Source: an uncultured Nitrospiraceae bacterium | Lineage (GTDB): Bacteria; Nitrospirota; Thermodesulfovibrionia; Thermodesulfovibrionales; SM23-35 | Assembly (NCBI GenBank): GCA_963727775.1 | Contig: CAVSHB010000004.1 | Coordinates: 96,001 to 160,000 of the forward strand | Direction of reading: 5' to 3' | Length of the DNA stretch: 64,000 bases | Shown here: one piece after another, positions 28,039 through 38,012 of the stretch | Position numbering within the stretch: the first letter of the stretch is position 1 | Layout of the letters: the number at the start of each line of letters is the position of its first letter | Translations under genes and position numbers: made by a program | Notes under the pieces: model-generated | Seen by the model: the letters and a program-made list of their open reading frames with translations, nothing else | Told to the model about the DNA's origin: nothing | The model's database searches: none

Positions 28039-29057
28039 CGGATGCCGATATACAGCACAACGGCGTATATAAGGTAAAGCCCCCCGCCGAAAAGCAGCGT
28101 GAACGGCGACAGCCGTTTTATGAAGGTCAATTCCATAAGAGCGATAAATGCAGAAGTAAGCGCGATCACAGCGGATAATTTCGCCATGCCGGTCAGTTGC
28201 CACTCGGTAAACAATAACCCGACAGTGACGGGAAAGGTGGATTGAAAAACCATTGCTCCTGTTATATTTCCTATAGCAAGCGTATCTCTGCCCTTCCATG
28301 TCCATGTAATGCTGTTGACCTTCTCCGGAAGTTCTGTCGCAACAGGCGCAAGTATCAGTGCAAAAAGTAAAGGGTCCATGCCGAACCGCAAAGCCACGTG
28401 CTCAAGGCCTGCAACAAATGTATGTGCGCCGAATATCATTATGAACAGGGAGCCGGCGACCTGCGTCGCAATTAAAAGAACGTGAGGCTCCTCAGAATGT
28501 ATCAAGCCCGTTTTCCTGATAATTTTCGATAGATACATCTCCCCAGGATATTCTATATCGGCGCTTTCATCCCTGAAGGTCCGATAGACATAGAATATAT
28601 ACCCGCCGATAAGGATGATGGAGAGCGGTATGGCGAACGACTTTCCACCCACGACCGGCGTCAAAATCGCGGCAGAGTACATAACTAAAAAAAAGAAGAG
28701 ATCTCTTTTAGTAGAATGGGCCTCGATATTAATTTGAAATCTTCGTCTTTTCTTAATAGACGATACGATTACCGTCACTCCGACTAAAAAAAATGCCAGA
28801 GTTGAGAGCATGAACGGGGCGCCGAGTATCGCTCCGACCCCAATATCCTTGGCCGATCCCCCGGTATAAAATAATATCGCGACGATAGGTAGTATGGTCT
28901 CGGGCAGAGCGGTGCCCACCGCGGCAAGGAGGCTTCCCACAACGGCCTGGGAAAGCTTAAACCTTTGGCCGAACTTTTCTATACCATTCGTAAACCCTTC
29001 AGAGGAAATTAATATCAACAAAATGCCTATAAGAAGAAAGAGAACCTCACCAGTCAT
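28035..29057 (-). CDS. Sodium:calcium antiporter family protein
   Basis: AVGTALPE and ATELPE alpha repeats. Confidence 0.88.
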   Translation of the reverse strand: MTGEVLFLLIGILLILISSEGFTNGIEKFGQRFKLSQAVVGSLLAAVGTALPETILPIVAILFYTGGSAKDIGVGAILGAPFMLSTLAFFLVGVTVIVSSIKKRRRFQINIEAHSTKRDLFFFLVMYSAAILTPVVGGKSFAIPLSIILIGGYIFYVYRTFRDESADIEYPGEMYLSKIIRKTGLIHSEEPHVLLIATQVAGSLFIMIFGAHTFVAGLEHVALRFGMDPLLFALILAPVATELPEKVNSITWTWKGRDTLAIGNITGAMVFQSTFPVTVGLLFTEWQLTGMAKLSAVIALTSAFIALMELTFIKRLSPFTLLFGGGLYLIYAVVLYIGIR

Positions 29058-29138
29058 TAATGTATTAATGTAAAAAACGGGCAGGGAGAAGATTTTATAA
29101 CGACGTCAGGTCCAGGGTCAACACACGCAAGAACTTTT

Positions 29139-29924
29139 TCAGCCTTCATAGGCCAACGCTTCTTCGATCCTCTTCTTTAATTCTTTCACCTCCCGGACCG
29201 TATCAGGTGCATATGTATACGGGGATGAACCCTTTATATCGGCCTCCATGACGGCATGGCTTGATGTGATCGATCCGATGACGTCCATTTTTCCGATATG
29301 CTCTTTGATGAATTGAAGGTCCTCCGGTCCTCTCACTTTATTTGCGACGACAAAGACTTTTTTGACACCGAGCACTTTTGCCATTGCATGAACGGTCCTT
29401 GCGGTCTGCATGCTTCTCTGCCCCGGTTCTACCACAACGATAAAAGCATCTACATACTCAGAGGTGCCCCTTGTAAGATGCTCGATACCCGCCTCCATGT
29501 CTACGATCACAACTTCGCTTCTTCCAACTATGAGATGCTTGAGAAGACTGCGTAATAGCACGTTCTCAGGGCAATAGCAGCCTGAAGCCGCGTCCTTCAT
29601 CTTTCCCATAGTGAGCAGGATAATACCCTCCATACGGTATCCTATACCCTCAGGAAGGTCATCGACCTTCGGATTAAGCTTGAACATCCCGCCGATACTT
29701 CCAGGTCTGACTCCTGTCCGCTCTTCTATAAGGTCAGACATGTCCGCTATCGGTCTTATCTTCAAGGCTTCTTCGACCGGGACGCCCAGGGCCGAAGCCA
29801 GATTTGCATCAGGGTCTGCATCGACGGCAATAACTCTTTTACCCTCTTCGGCATATAGATAGACCAATAGGGACGCCAAAGTTGTCTTACCTACTCCGCC
29901 TTTTCCTGTTATTGCAATCTTCAT
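29139..29924 (-). CDS. cooC: CooC/AcsF nickel-insertion ATPase
   Basis: GKGGVGKT, DADPDANL, GCYCPEN and DMEAGIEHL.RG motifs. Confidence 0.88.
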   Translation of the reverse strand: MKIAITGKGGVGKTTLASLLVYLYAEEGKRVIAVDADPDANLASALGVPVEEALKIRPIADMSDLIEERTGVRPGSIGGMFKLNPKVDDLPEGIGYRMEGIILLTMGKMKDAASGCYCPENVLLRSLLKHLIVGRSEVVIVDMEAGIEHLTRGTSEYVDAFIVVVEPGQRSMQTARTVHAMAKVLGVKKVFVVANKVRGPEDLQFIKEHIGKMDVIGSITSSHAVMEADIKGSSPYTYAPDTVREVKELKKRIEEALAYEG

Positions 29925-30026
29925 AACATACAGGTTTCAAGGATTCGAGCCGTTAAGATCAAGGTCCAAGTAGTTCTTCCATTATCTTTTTTCACTTGAG
30001 TCCTGCCCCATGAATTCTTCTTATTG

Positions 30027-30620
30027 TCACAAAACTTTCTTGGTCGACGGCACACCCTTCACCCTCGGATCAATCGTTACCGCCTGCCTGAGCGCTCTGC
30101 CCAGGGCCTTGAATATCGCTTCTATAATGTGATGTATATTCCTGCCATACGGGGATTCTACATGCAGGGTTATACTGCTGTTGCCCACAAAGGCCTGAAG
30201 AAAATCTTCTATAAGGTCCGCATCAAAATTCTTTATCCTGCTTTTCCTGGGGAATTCGACCTTATAGACCAAATACGGCCTACCGCTGATATCGAGACTG
30301 ACCACTGCAATAGCTTCGTCCATAGGCACGGATGCATGGCCGTATCTTGTTATCCCTTTCATGTCCCCGAGTGCCTGCTTTACCGCCTTTCCAAGCACTA
30401 TGCCGACATCTTCGACGGTATGATGATAATCGACGTCTATATCTCCTTTTGCCTTTATCTTCATATCAAGAAGACCGTGTTTGCTCATCAGTGAAAGCAT
30501 GTGATCAAGGAACGGTATGGAAGTATGTATTGCGGAACTTCCCCCACCGTCGAGATTGATTTCCGCCTTAACATCCGTCTCTTTTGTCTTCCTCTCTACT
30601 TTAGCTGTCCTCATTTTCAT
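30027..30620 (-). CDS. hisB: Imidazoleglycerol-phosphate dehydratase
   Basis: [19 protein letters not shown] and NIHHIIE motifs. Confidence 0.96.
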   Translation of the reverse strand: MKMRTAKVERKTKETDVKAEINLDGGGSSAIHTSIPFLDHMLSLMSKHGLLDMKIKAKGDIDVDYHHTVEDVGIVLGKAVKQALGDMKGITRYGHASVPMDEAIAVVSLDISGRPYLVYKVEFPRKSRIKNFDADLIEDFLQAFVGNSSITLHVESPYGRNIHHIIEAIFKALGRALRQAVTIDPRVKGVPSTKKVL

Positions 30621-30690
30621 CCTTTTGCCTTATTGATAAATTACTTCACAGGGTTAAATATTTTTTTTAAAACTGTCTGCATTATCCGGG

Positions 30691-31755
30691 TTAGCCTCTC
30701 AAAACTTTTTTCAAAACATTAATAAATATTTTATTCTCCGCCGGCGTACCCACTGTCACCCTCAGACAGTTATCCACAACACCTTTCATGTTTCGGACAA
30801 GCACCCCTCCGCTGAGAAGCCCCTTGAAAACCTTATCGGAACTTTCAACCCTGAATAATATAAAATTCGCTTCAGACGGATATGGACGTATGCCTTGTAT
30901 TTTTGAGAGCTCATTGAACAGTTTTTCTCTTTCCGAAACAATGGATTTAATATTCAGCTTCACCATCTTCCTGTTCTTCATTACATCCAAGGCTATTCTC
31001 TGGGAAAGGGAATTCAGATTAAAGGGCAGCCTGATTTTATTGATCTGCCCGATTATGTCTTCATTCGCTATCATGAACCCTACCCTTAAGCCGGCAAGAC
31101 CTATTTTGCTCAAAGTCCTCATAATAACGAGATTCCCATAATCCTTAAGCATGGGGACAAAACCCTTATCACTTGCAAAGGGCTGATAAGCCTCATCTAC
31201 TACAACTATGGATTTCGACGAGGTCATCTCGATTATTTTCAATATCTTTTCCGCGGAAAAACAGTTTCCGGTCGGGTTGTTAGGCGAGCTCAGGAAGATT
31301 ATCCCGGGTTTTTCCCGACGTATTTCTAAAAGTGTCCGTACCATTTCGATGTCAAAATCTTCATCAAGAGGTACCTCGATATTTCGCTCTCCGATAGCCC
31401 TCGCAATAATACCGTACATCGAAAAAGTAGGAACTGGGTAAAGGACCGGACCGCCGAATGTCGTAATTAGATAGTAAATTAACTCATCGGAGCCGTTACC
31501 CTGTAATATGTTCTTCGCCCCTAAGCCCCATTCCTCCGATATAAGCTTTTTCAATGCCTTTGCCTCAGGGTCGGGATATCTGTTCAATGTTGCAAAAAGT
31601 TTCCGGTTTTCCGAAGAGACTAATTTTATTAATGTCTCTGAAGATAATCCATAAGGGCTTTCATTAGCATCGAGTTTTACTTTGCAAGGTATTTCTTTTG
31701 CTTCATACGCCGATAATGAATAAATATTCGGCCTGACGAATTTCTTAATGTCCAT
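30691..31755 (-). CDS. hisC: Histidinol-phosphate aminotransferase
   Basis: LDANE, GNGSDE, PNNPTG, DEAY and RTLSK motifs. Confidence 0.95.
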   Translation of the reverse strand: MDIKKFVRPNIYSLSAYEAKEIPCKVKLDANESPYGLSSETLIKLVSSENRKLFATLNRYPDPEAKALKKLISEEWGLGAKNILQGNGSDELIYYLITTFGGPVLYPVPTFSMYGIIARAIGERNIEVPLDEDFDIEMVRTLLEIRREKPGIIFLSSPNNPTGNCFSAEKILKIIEMTSSKSIVVVDEAYQPFASDKGFVPMLKDYGNLVIMRTLSKIGLAGLRVGFMIANEDIIGQINKIRLPFNLNSLSQRIALDVMKNRKMVKLNIKSIVSEREKLFNELSKIQGIRPYPSEANFILFRVESSDKVFKGLLSGGVLVRNMKGVVDNCLRVTVGTPAENKIFINVLKKVLRG

Positions 31756-31980
31756 AGCAAAGAATTATACCATATAAACCGGCATGATAGAGAGGGCGAT
31801 CAGAGAAGTCGGATCCTTCACTCCTTACTCTTGAGATTACGGAAAGCGCCTTTATGCATGATATTATATATGCTCACGCGGTTATAGAAAATATCAAACA
31901 AATAGGCGTTTCGGTATCCATTGACGTTGATGCTTGTAGAGGCTTGTTAGATTGTTAGGCAGAGACCCTTAATAAAGCTA

Positions 31981-32157
31981 TTATTTCTTAACAGATTTCT
32001 TTAGAAAAGAGACAAATAGCAGGGTTGCCACTACAATGGCTATCCCCTTCCATAAAAAACCAATCGCACTTAACCCGATTCTTGTAATCGTCTTTCCAAA
32101 AAAAAACATGAGCACTACGATCCCTATCAATAGGGCGATTTTCTGATATTTATTCAT
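31981..32157 (-). CDS. 58-aa small membrane protein (not in the ORF track)
   Basis: MNKYQKIALLIGIVVLMFFFGK...IAIVVATLLFVSFLKK, two hydrophobic segments. Confidence 0.5.
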   Translation of the reverse strand: MNKYQKIALLIGIVVLMFFFGKTITRIGLSAIGFLWKGIAIVVATLLFVSFLKKSVKK

Positions 32158-32195
32158 ATATCTTTTTACTGTCGGAACAGAACTTACTAATTATA

Positions 32196-33242
32196 CTATT
32201 TCGAACCGCGAAAATGCTGATACCCTTCCGCAGTAAAGGGCTTCTCCCTCCCGGCTTTATCTACCAGAACCCTTTCAGATTTCGTTATCTCTCCGATATA
32301 AATCCCCTTGACCTTTTTTCCAGCCTGCGCGGTAAACAAGAGCTCATAATCCTCCCCCCCCGATAAAGCCATTCTGACAGGTGGAATACCGATATGCGAA
32401 GCGGCTTTCTTCAATTCATTAGAAAGCGGTATATTTTCGATATACACTCTCGCGCCCACATTACTTTCATTACAAAGTCTCGTCAGGTCTAACAAAAGAC
32501 CGTCGCTGATATCGATCATTGATGTTGCTTTATGAGCAAACCCTTTCGGGTTTCTTGCTACAGGCATAAGATGCCGCCTTAGTAGGGGTTCGACTGCTGT
32601 CCATAATAAGCCCTTCAAAGGCACATATCGCATGTGGTCATTACTTTGTGCTCCCTGCGCTTTATTCTTCGTTTTATTTTGTATAGGGACGGGCTTTTTA
32701 ATCTTTCTCAGTAATTCAAGGCCGCAAGCCGAATCGCCAAGATTACCGGTCACATAAATACGATCGCCTGCTTTCGCCCCGCTGCGTCTTACAGGCTTGC
32801 TTGCATATCCCACAAGCGTTGCCGATAAAGACATGCTTTTATGTGCAGATGATATGTCTCCTCCTATGAGTTTTATTTTATAGAAACTCATTGCCTCCTT
32901 AATACCGAGAAAGAACATTTCAACAAATTTCATGTTCGTATCTTCCGGGAGGGCCATATTCAGCAGGATGTATGAGGGGGTACCGCCCATCGCGTAGATG
33001 TCGCTGACATTAACAGAGACTAATTTAAATCCAAGCTGATAAGGAGTGGTAAAGCTAAGATCAAAATGAACCTCTGCGACCATCATGTCGGTAGTCAGCA
33101 GGAGGTTGCCGGGCTCAGGTCTGATTACCGCAGCATCGTCTCCTATGCCGACGAGGATCTTTCCGGATCTTGTTGGAAAGTCCCGTCTTATCTTATCCAG
33201 GAGGGAAAGTTCGCCTATCCGGGAGAGCTTCTTTTCAGTCAT
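32196..33242 (-). CDS. thiL: Thiamine-monophosphate kinase
   Basis: GIGDDAA, NVSDIYAMG, DISDG and GGEDYEL motifs. Confidence 0.95.
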   Translation of the reverse strand: MTEKKLSRIGELSLLDKIRRDFPTRSGKILVGIGDDAAVIRPEPGNLLLTTDMMVAEVHFDLSFTTPYQLGFKLVSVNVSDIYAMGGTPSYILLNMALPEDTNMKFVEMFFLGIKEAMSFYKIKLIGGDISSAHKSMSLSATLVGYASKPVRRSGAKAGDRIYVTGNLGDSACGLELLRKIKKPVPIQNKTKNKAQGAQSNDHMRYVPLKGLLWTAVEPLLRRHLMPVARNPKGFAHKATSMIDISDGLLLDLTRLCNESNVGARVYIENIPLSNELKKAASHIGIPPVRMALSGGEDYELLFTAQAGKKVKGIYIGEITKSERVLVDKAGREKPFTAEGYQHFRGSK

Positions 33243-33261
33243 GAGCAGATGGGCATCCGCC

Positions 33262-35685
33262 TCATCTCTTTCTTTTCTTGCCGGCCTGCCCGTGATGTTC
33301 GATTTTCTTCTTTGGTTTGTTATTGCCGACCTTCTTTAAGGCGACTTTCAAAACATCATCCATCGTTTCCGCAAACACAAATTCCATATCTTTCTTGATG
33401 TATTTCGGAATGTCCTCAAGGTCTTTTTTGTTCCTCTTCGGGAGGATGATTTTATTAATTCCCATCCTCTTCGCCGCTAAGGTCTTTTCCTTCAGTCCCC
33501 CTATCGGGAGCACCCTGCCTCTCAGGGTGACCTCACCGGTCATAGCAATATTCTTGTTAACAGGCATTCCCGTAAGGGCCGATGCAATGGAAGTTGCCAT
33601 TGTAATGCCTGCTGACGGTCCATCCTTTGGGATAGCGCCTGCAGGGACATGGATATGGATGTCCGACTTTGAAAATATTTCATCATTTATTCCGAGTAGA
33701 CTTGATCTTGACCTCACATAGCTTAATGCCGCCTGGGCAGATTCCTTCATCACATCTCCAAGCTGTCCCGTAAGCGTAAGATGGCCCTTGCCTTTCATCG
33801 TCGTTGTCTCTATATAGATGATGTCTCCTCCGGTCTCCGTCCATGCAAGTCCGGTAGAAACACCGATCTCGTCTTTTTCTATTTCTTCTTCAGGAAGGTA
33901 TTTCGGGACTCCGAGATATCTGTTAATATTCTGCGTATTCACAACAAATATTTTTTCTTTGCCTTCGGCAATCTTTCTTGCAACTTTCCTGCAAAGGTGG
34001 GCTATCTCCCTTTCAAGGTTTCTTACCCCGGCTTCTCTTGTGTATTGAGAAATAAGAGTAAAAAGTCCCGGGTCCGTAATTTTCAATACCTTACCGTTGA
34101 TGCCGTGCTCATCCAACTGCTTTGGTATCAGGTAGTTCTTTGCAATCCCGAGTTTTTCTTCCGTTGTATAACCGGATAAATATAGGATCTCCATCCTGTC
34201 CCTGAGGGGTCCCGGAATCGTATCGACAAGATTGCCTGTGGTAATAAACATGACCTTTGACAGGTCAAAAGGTACCGCAAGATAGTGGTCGGCAAAGGTA
34301 TTGTTCTGTTCAGGATCAAGGACCTCAAGCAATGCCGATGACGGATCTCCCCTGAAATCCATTCCTATCTTATCTATCTCATCAAGCATGAATACCGGGT
34401 TATTTGTGCCGGCTGTTTTTATACCCTGGATTATCCTTCCGGGCAGCGAGCCGACATATGTCCTTCTATGCCCCCTGATCTCCGCCTCATCCCTGACCCC
34501 TCCTAAAGACATGCGGATAAATTCTCTTCCCAAGGCCCGCGCAATGGATTTTCCAAGCGAAGTCTTTCCCACACCCGGGGGGCCAATAAAACAAAGTATG
34601 GGGCCTTTCATTTTTTCTTTTAACTTGCGGACGCTGAGATACTCTAAAATCCGCTCCTTGACCTTTTCCAGGTCATAGTGATCTTCATTCAATACTTTTT
34701 CACCGGCCTTAATATCGAGATTATCAACTGTAGAGTTAGACCACGGCAGTTCAACCAGCCAGTCGAGATATGTGCGTACAGTTCCTGCTTCCGCACTGTC
34801 AGGATGCATCTTTTCGAGTCGTTTAAGCTGCTTCTCAGCCTCTTTCAAGACCTTCTCGGGCATCTTTGCATCTTCAATCTTTTTCCTGAATTCCTTTATC
34901 TCTTCCGCCCTTTCATCGATGTCGCCGAGCTCTTTCTGTATTGCCTTGAGCTGTTCTCTCAGGAAATATTCACGCTGGGTCTTGTCGATCTCACCTCTGG
35001 CCTCAGATTGTATCTTCTGCTGAACAGTCAGGAGTTCAATCTCTCTTGATAATATCTCACTGACCCTCTTCAGTCTCCGCATAGGTTCTGCTATTTCAAG
35101 CATTTCCTGAGACTGTTCTGCTTTTAGCCCGATATTTGAGGCTATAAGGTCAGCCAGCCTTCCAGGCTCTTCAATATTTTCTATGACCCCCATTATGTCC
35201 GGCAGGATAGACTTGCCGAGAGAAACAACTTTTTCCATTTGTCCCTTAGTAGTCCTAACCTGTGCCTCATCCTCTATAGTGAGCTTTTCGTGTTTTTTGT
35301 CCTCTATCTTTTCTATATTCGCTTTAAAAAACGGCTCGGTCTGAGAGTAATCCAATGCTTTTGCCTTACTTAAACCCTGTACAAGTATCTTTACCCTTCC
35401 GTCAGGCAGTTTCAGCATCCTCATTACCAAAGCAACCGTGCCGACAGAAAAAAGATCCGCAGGAGTTGGATTTTCGACATTCAGGTCCTTTTGTGTAAGA
35501 AGCAGGACCATGCGGTTCGAACTGAGGGAATACTCGATAGCTTTTATAGAAACCTCCCTTCCTACAAACAAAGGCAATATCATGTAAGGGAATACGACAA
35601 TGTCCCTCACCGGCAGTACGGGCAAGTTATCGGGTATTTCTATTTCCTTATCGATTTTCTGCTCTGCATCCATTACATCAACCAT
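33262..35685 (-). CDS. lon: Lon protease
   Basis: GPPGVGKT and PKDGPSAG motifs; N-terminal Lon domain. Confidence 0.97.
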   Translation of the reverse strand: MVDVMDAEQKIDKEIEIPDNLPVLPVRDIVVFPYMILPLFVGREVSIKAIEYSLSSNRMVLLLTQKDLNVENPTPADLFSVGTVALVMRMLKLPDGRVKILVQGLSKAKALDYSQTEPFFKANIEKIEDKKHEKLTIEDEAQVRTTKGQMEKVVSLGKSILPDIMGVIENIEEPGRLADLIASNIGLKAEQSQEMLEIAEPMRRLKRVSEILSREIELLTVQQKIQSEARGEIDKTQREYFLREQLKAIQKELGDIDERAEEIKEFRKKIEDAKMPEKVLKEAEKQLKRLEKMHPDSAEAGTVRTYLDWLVELPWSNSTVDNLDIKAGEKVLNEDHYDLEKVKERILEYLSVRKLKEKMKGPILCFIGPPGVGKTSLGKSIARALGREFIRMSLGGVRDEAEIRGHRRTYVGSLPGRIIQGIKTAGTNNPVFMLDEIDKIGMDFRGDPSSALLEVLDPEQNNTFADHYLAVPFDLSKVMFITTGNLVDTIPGPLRDRMEILYLSGYTTEEKLGIAKNYLIPKQLDEHGINGKVLKITDPGLFTLISQYTREAGVRNLEREIAHLCRKVARKIAEGKEKIFVVNTQNINRYLGVPKYLPEEEIEKDEIGVSTGLAWTETGGDIIYIETTTMKGKGHLTLTGQLGDVMKESAQAALSYVRSRSSLLGINDEIFSKSDIHIHVPAGAIPKDGPSAGITMATSIASALTGMPVNKNIAMTGEVTLRGRVLPIGGLKEKTLAAKRMGINKIILPKRNKKDLEDIPKYIKKDMEFVFAETMDDVLKVALKKVGNNKPKKKIEHHGQAGKKRKR

Positions 35686-35700
35686 CTTGACTCCCCTATT

Positions 35701-36579
35701 TTAATTTTTGATTTTTTTTGCAACTTCAATAATATATTCTTTAAACTGAGGTGAAACCTTCGGGTTCTTCAATGCCAAATCCACGGTTGCCTTGAGATAA
35801 CCCAATTTATCTCCGGCGTCATACCTTTTACCCGTAAAAAGATACCCATATATCTGACGCTTTTTCAGCAACCCTCTCAGCGCGTCCGTCAACTGTATCT
35901 CCCCGCCTTTGCCGGGCCCGACACCTTCAAGCGCCTCAAAGATGTCAGGTGTTAAAATATACCTGCCTATTATCGCCATATCCGATGGCGCGCTTTCCTG
36001 TGAAGGCTTTTCCACAAGATCGTTGATCCTGTAAACATTGTCCTTTTCTTTGGTCCCGTCGATCACACCGTATTTATGCACATCTTCCATAGGAACCTTT
36101 TCCAGTGCAAGGATAGGTGTATTCAATTCCTTATAAAGGCTGATCATTTCCCTGAGCAATGAAGTATCCGGGTCGATAATATCATCACTCAGAAGGACCG
36201 CAAAAGGCTCGTCTTTTACAAACGGCTTGGCGCAATATATTGCATGGCCGAGACCCAAAGCTTCTCTCTGCCTGATATAGGCAAAATTCAGTTTGTTCAG
36301 CCTGTTGATCTCTTCGAGAAGCAATTTCTTGCCTGACTTTTTCAGACTTTCCTCGAGTTTGAAAGCGGAATCGAAATGGTCTTCTATCGCCCTCTTGTTT
36401 TTTCCGGTGATTATGATAAATTCATCTATCCCGCACTCATGCGCCTCTTCGACAGCATACTGAATCATCGGCTTGTCGACGATAGGGAGCATCTCCTTCG
36501 GAGACGCCTTTGTAGCCGGAAGAAACCTTGTACCGAGACCCCCGGCAGGCAATATGGCTTTTCTGATTACTTTTCCCAT
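35701..36579 (-). CDS. galU: UTP--glucose-1-phosphate uridylyltransferase
   Basis: GLGTRFLPATKA.PKEMLP and GEIQLTDA motifs. Confidence 0.95.
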   Translation of the reverse strand: MGKVIRKAILPAGGLGTRFLPATKASPKEMLPIVDKPMIQYAVEEAHECGIDEFIIITGKNKRAIEDHFDSAFKLEESLKKSGKKLLLEEINRLNKLNFAYIRQREALGLGHAIYCAKPFVKDEPFAVLLSDDIIDPDTSLLREMISLYKELNTPILALEKVPMEDVHKYGVIDGTKEKDNVYRINDLVEKPSQESAPSDMAIIGRYILTPDIFEALEGVGPGKGGEIQLTDALRGLLKKRQIYGYLFTGKRYDAGDKLGYLKATVDLALKNPKVSPQFKEYIIEVAKKIKN

Positions 36580-36658
36580 ACTATCATTTCATTTAATTAA
36601 GTTAATAATACATAAGTATCCCTGATAATTCAAGAAACGTTGAGGATGTGAGTAAATT

Positions 36659-36683
36659 GGATACCCGCCTGCGCGGGAATGAC
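36659..36683. repeat. dRS3/REP-like palindrome
   Basis: GGATACCCGCCTGCGCGGGAATGAC. Confidence 0.5.
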
Positions 36684-36777
36684 ATACAAAGAACCAAGGA
36701 AATGGGGGAACTACCGTTCTTCCTTCAGGATTGACAATTTTACTCTGAACAGTTTAGACTTTTTCCGAAGGACAACT

Positions 36778-37074
36778 ATGCAATTACTGATTATTCTAAT
36801 TTGGCTCTCTGCGATCTTCGTAATTTTCTTTGCGTTCTATAAAGCTTTAACTTTGAGAAAAAAAATTCCCGGAGGACTTGTCAGGAAATCCTGGACACTT
36901 CTTTATTACCTTATAGGTCTTTTAGCGGTAGGATATCTCACCATACCGTTATTTCCCGATTTGCCGGAAACATCGAGAAACCTTATCGTCGGAATTATTT
37001 CATTGGCAGGGGCGATCTTCATCGTGAAAGTTCTCAATCTCTTTTATAAGATAATAAAAGAAGTAGGACTGTAA
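36778..37074 (+). CDS. Small 3-TM membrane protein
   Basis: Three hydrophobic stretches. Confidence 0.65.
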   Translation: MQLLIILIWLSAIFVIFFAFYKALTLRKKIPGGLVRKSWTLLYYLIGLLAVGYLTIPLFPDLPETSRNLIVGIISLAGAIFIVKVLNLFYKIIKEVGL

Positions 37075-37084
37075 CTCATGTATT

Positions 37085-37645
37085 ATGAACGCCAAAGACC
37101 ATTTAAAAAAGATTATTAGTGAACGATTGGGCGAGAATGCCAGCACTATTTTCATAAATAGGACTTTGGAGATCATAAACGAAGCAGCTGAGAGTAAAGA
37201 GAGTTTGTTATCCGCTGCCGATAAGGTCAACAAAAGGATTGCCTTATTCATCGATGAAGATCTGTCAAAAAAGGTATTTGATATCCTCAATGCAGAGATT
37301 GCAAACATCTCCTCACCGTCAGGTACCAGAAGAAGATACGCGAGAGTTGTCTTATCAAACAAAGTATACGTAACCTATAAGGGTAACACTCATGAACTAT
37401 ACACCGGTAACCTCTCGGAAGGAGGGATGTATATCAAAACAACAACCCCTTTCCCCGTTGGTGCTGAAGTAGGAATAAGGCTGCTGCTGGAAACGGTAGG
37501 GGATATCCATATGAAAGGCGTCGTCATGAATATTCAACGTCCTGTCGATCATCGGGCCGGCATGGGAATCGCGTTCAAAGAAATCAAGAATGATGCTCAG
37601 GCGGCATTAAGGGACTTCATAAAGAAAGCGCTAACAATCTCCTAA
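37085..37645 (+). CDS. PilZ-domain protein
   Basis: RRRYAR, NLSEGGMYI and GMGIAF motifs. Confidence 0.88.
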   Translation: MNAKDHLKKIISERLGENASTIFINRTLEIINEAAESKESLLSAADKVNKRIALFIDEDLSKKVFDILNAEIANISSPSGTRRRYARVVLSNKVYVTYKGNTHELYTGNLSEGGMYIKTTTPFPVGAEVGIRLLLETVGDIHMKGVVMNIQRPVDHRAGMGIAFKEIKNDAQAALRDFIKKALTIS

Positions 37646-37705
37646 CACCCTTTTCACTGGAAAAATCTTTCTAAATCAACCACTTAAAATAATCTCAGTT
37701 TTTCC

Positions 37706-37760
37706 TTGACATACACAATATATTGTGGTTTAATTTCATGGTAAATACTACTTATTGTTA
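37706..37760 (+). promoter_or_regulatory. Sigma70 promoter with tandem NrdR boxes
   Basis: TTGACA-N17-TTTAAT; ACACAATATATTGTGG at 37713-37728 and ATACTACTTATTGTTA at 37745-37760, 32 bp apart. Confidence 0.8.
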
Positions 37761-37791
37761 CAATAGAGCAGGAAAAAGGAGAATATTTTTT

Positions 37792-37950
37792 ATGGAACAG
37801 TGCAAGGGCTTTGATGACTGGCTTGAATGTCTTAAATGTCCGAAGTTATGCACAAAAACCTGCCCCATAGAAGGAGAAGATGTTATTGAAAAAATGCAAA
37901 GACAACTGCGCATTCATTCTTTATGCTCAACAAAACAGAAAAAGGAATAA
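37792..37950 (+). CDS. 52-aa Cys-rich protein upstream of nrdJ
   Basis: RBS AAGGAG; C-x8-CxxC-x3-C-x3-CP. Confidence 0.6.
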   Translation: MEQCKGFDDWLECLKCPKLCTKTCPIEGEDVIEKMQRQLRIHSLCSTKQKKE

Positions 37951-38012
37951 ATACATTTAAAATTTAAATAGACAAGAAACGTAATTTTACAAAAATTAAA
38001 AAAGGGGGAGAC

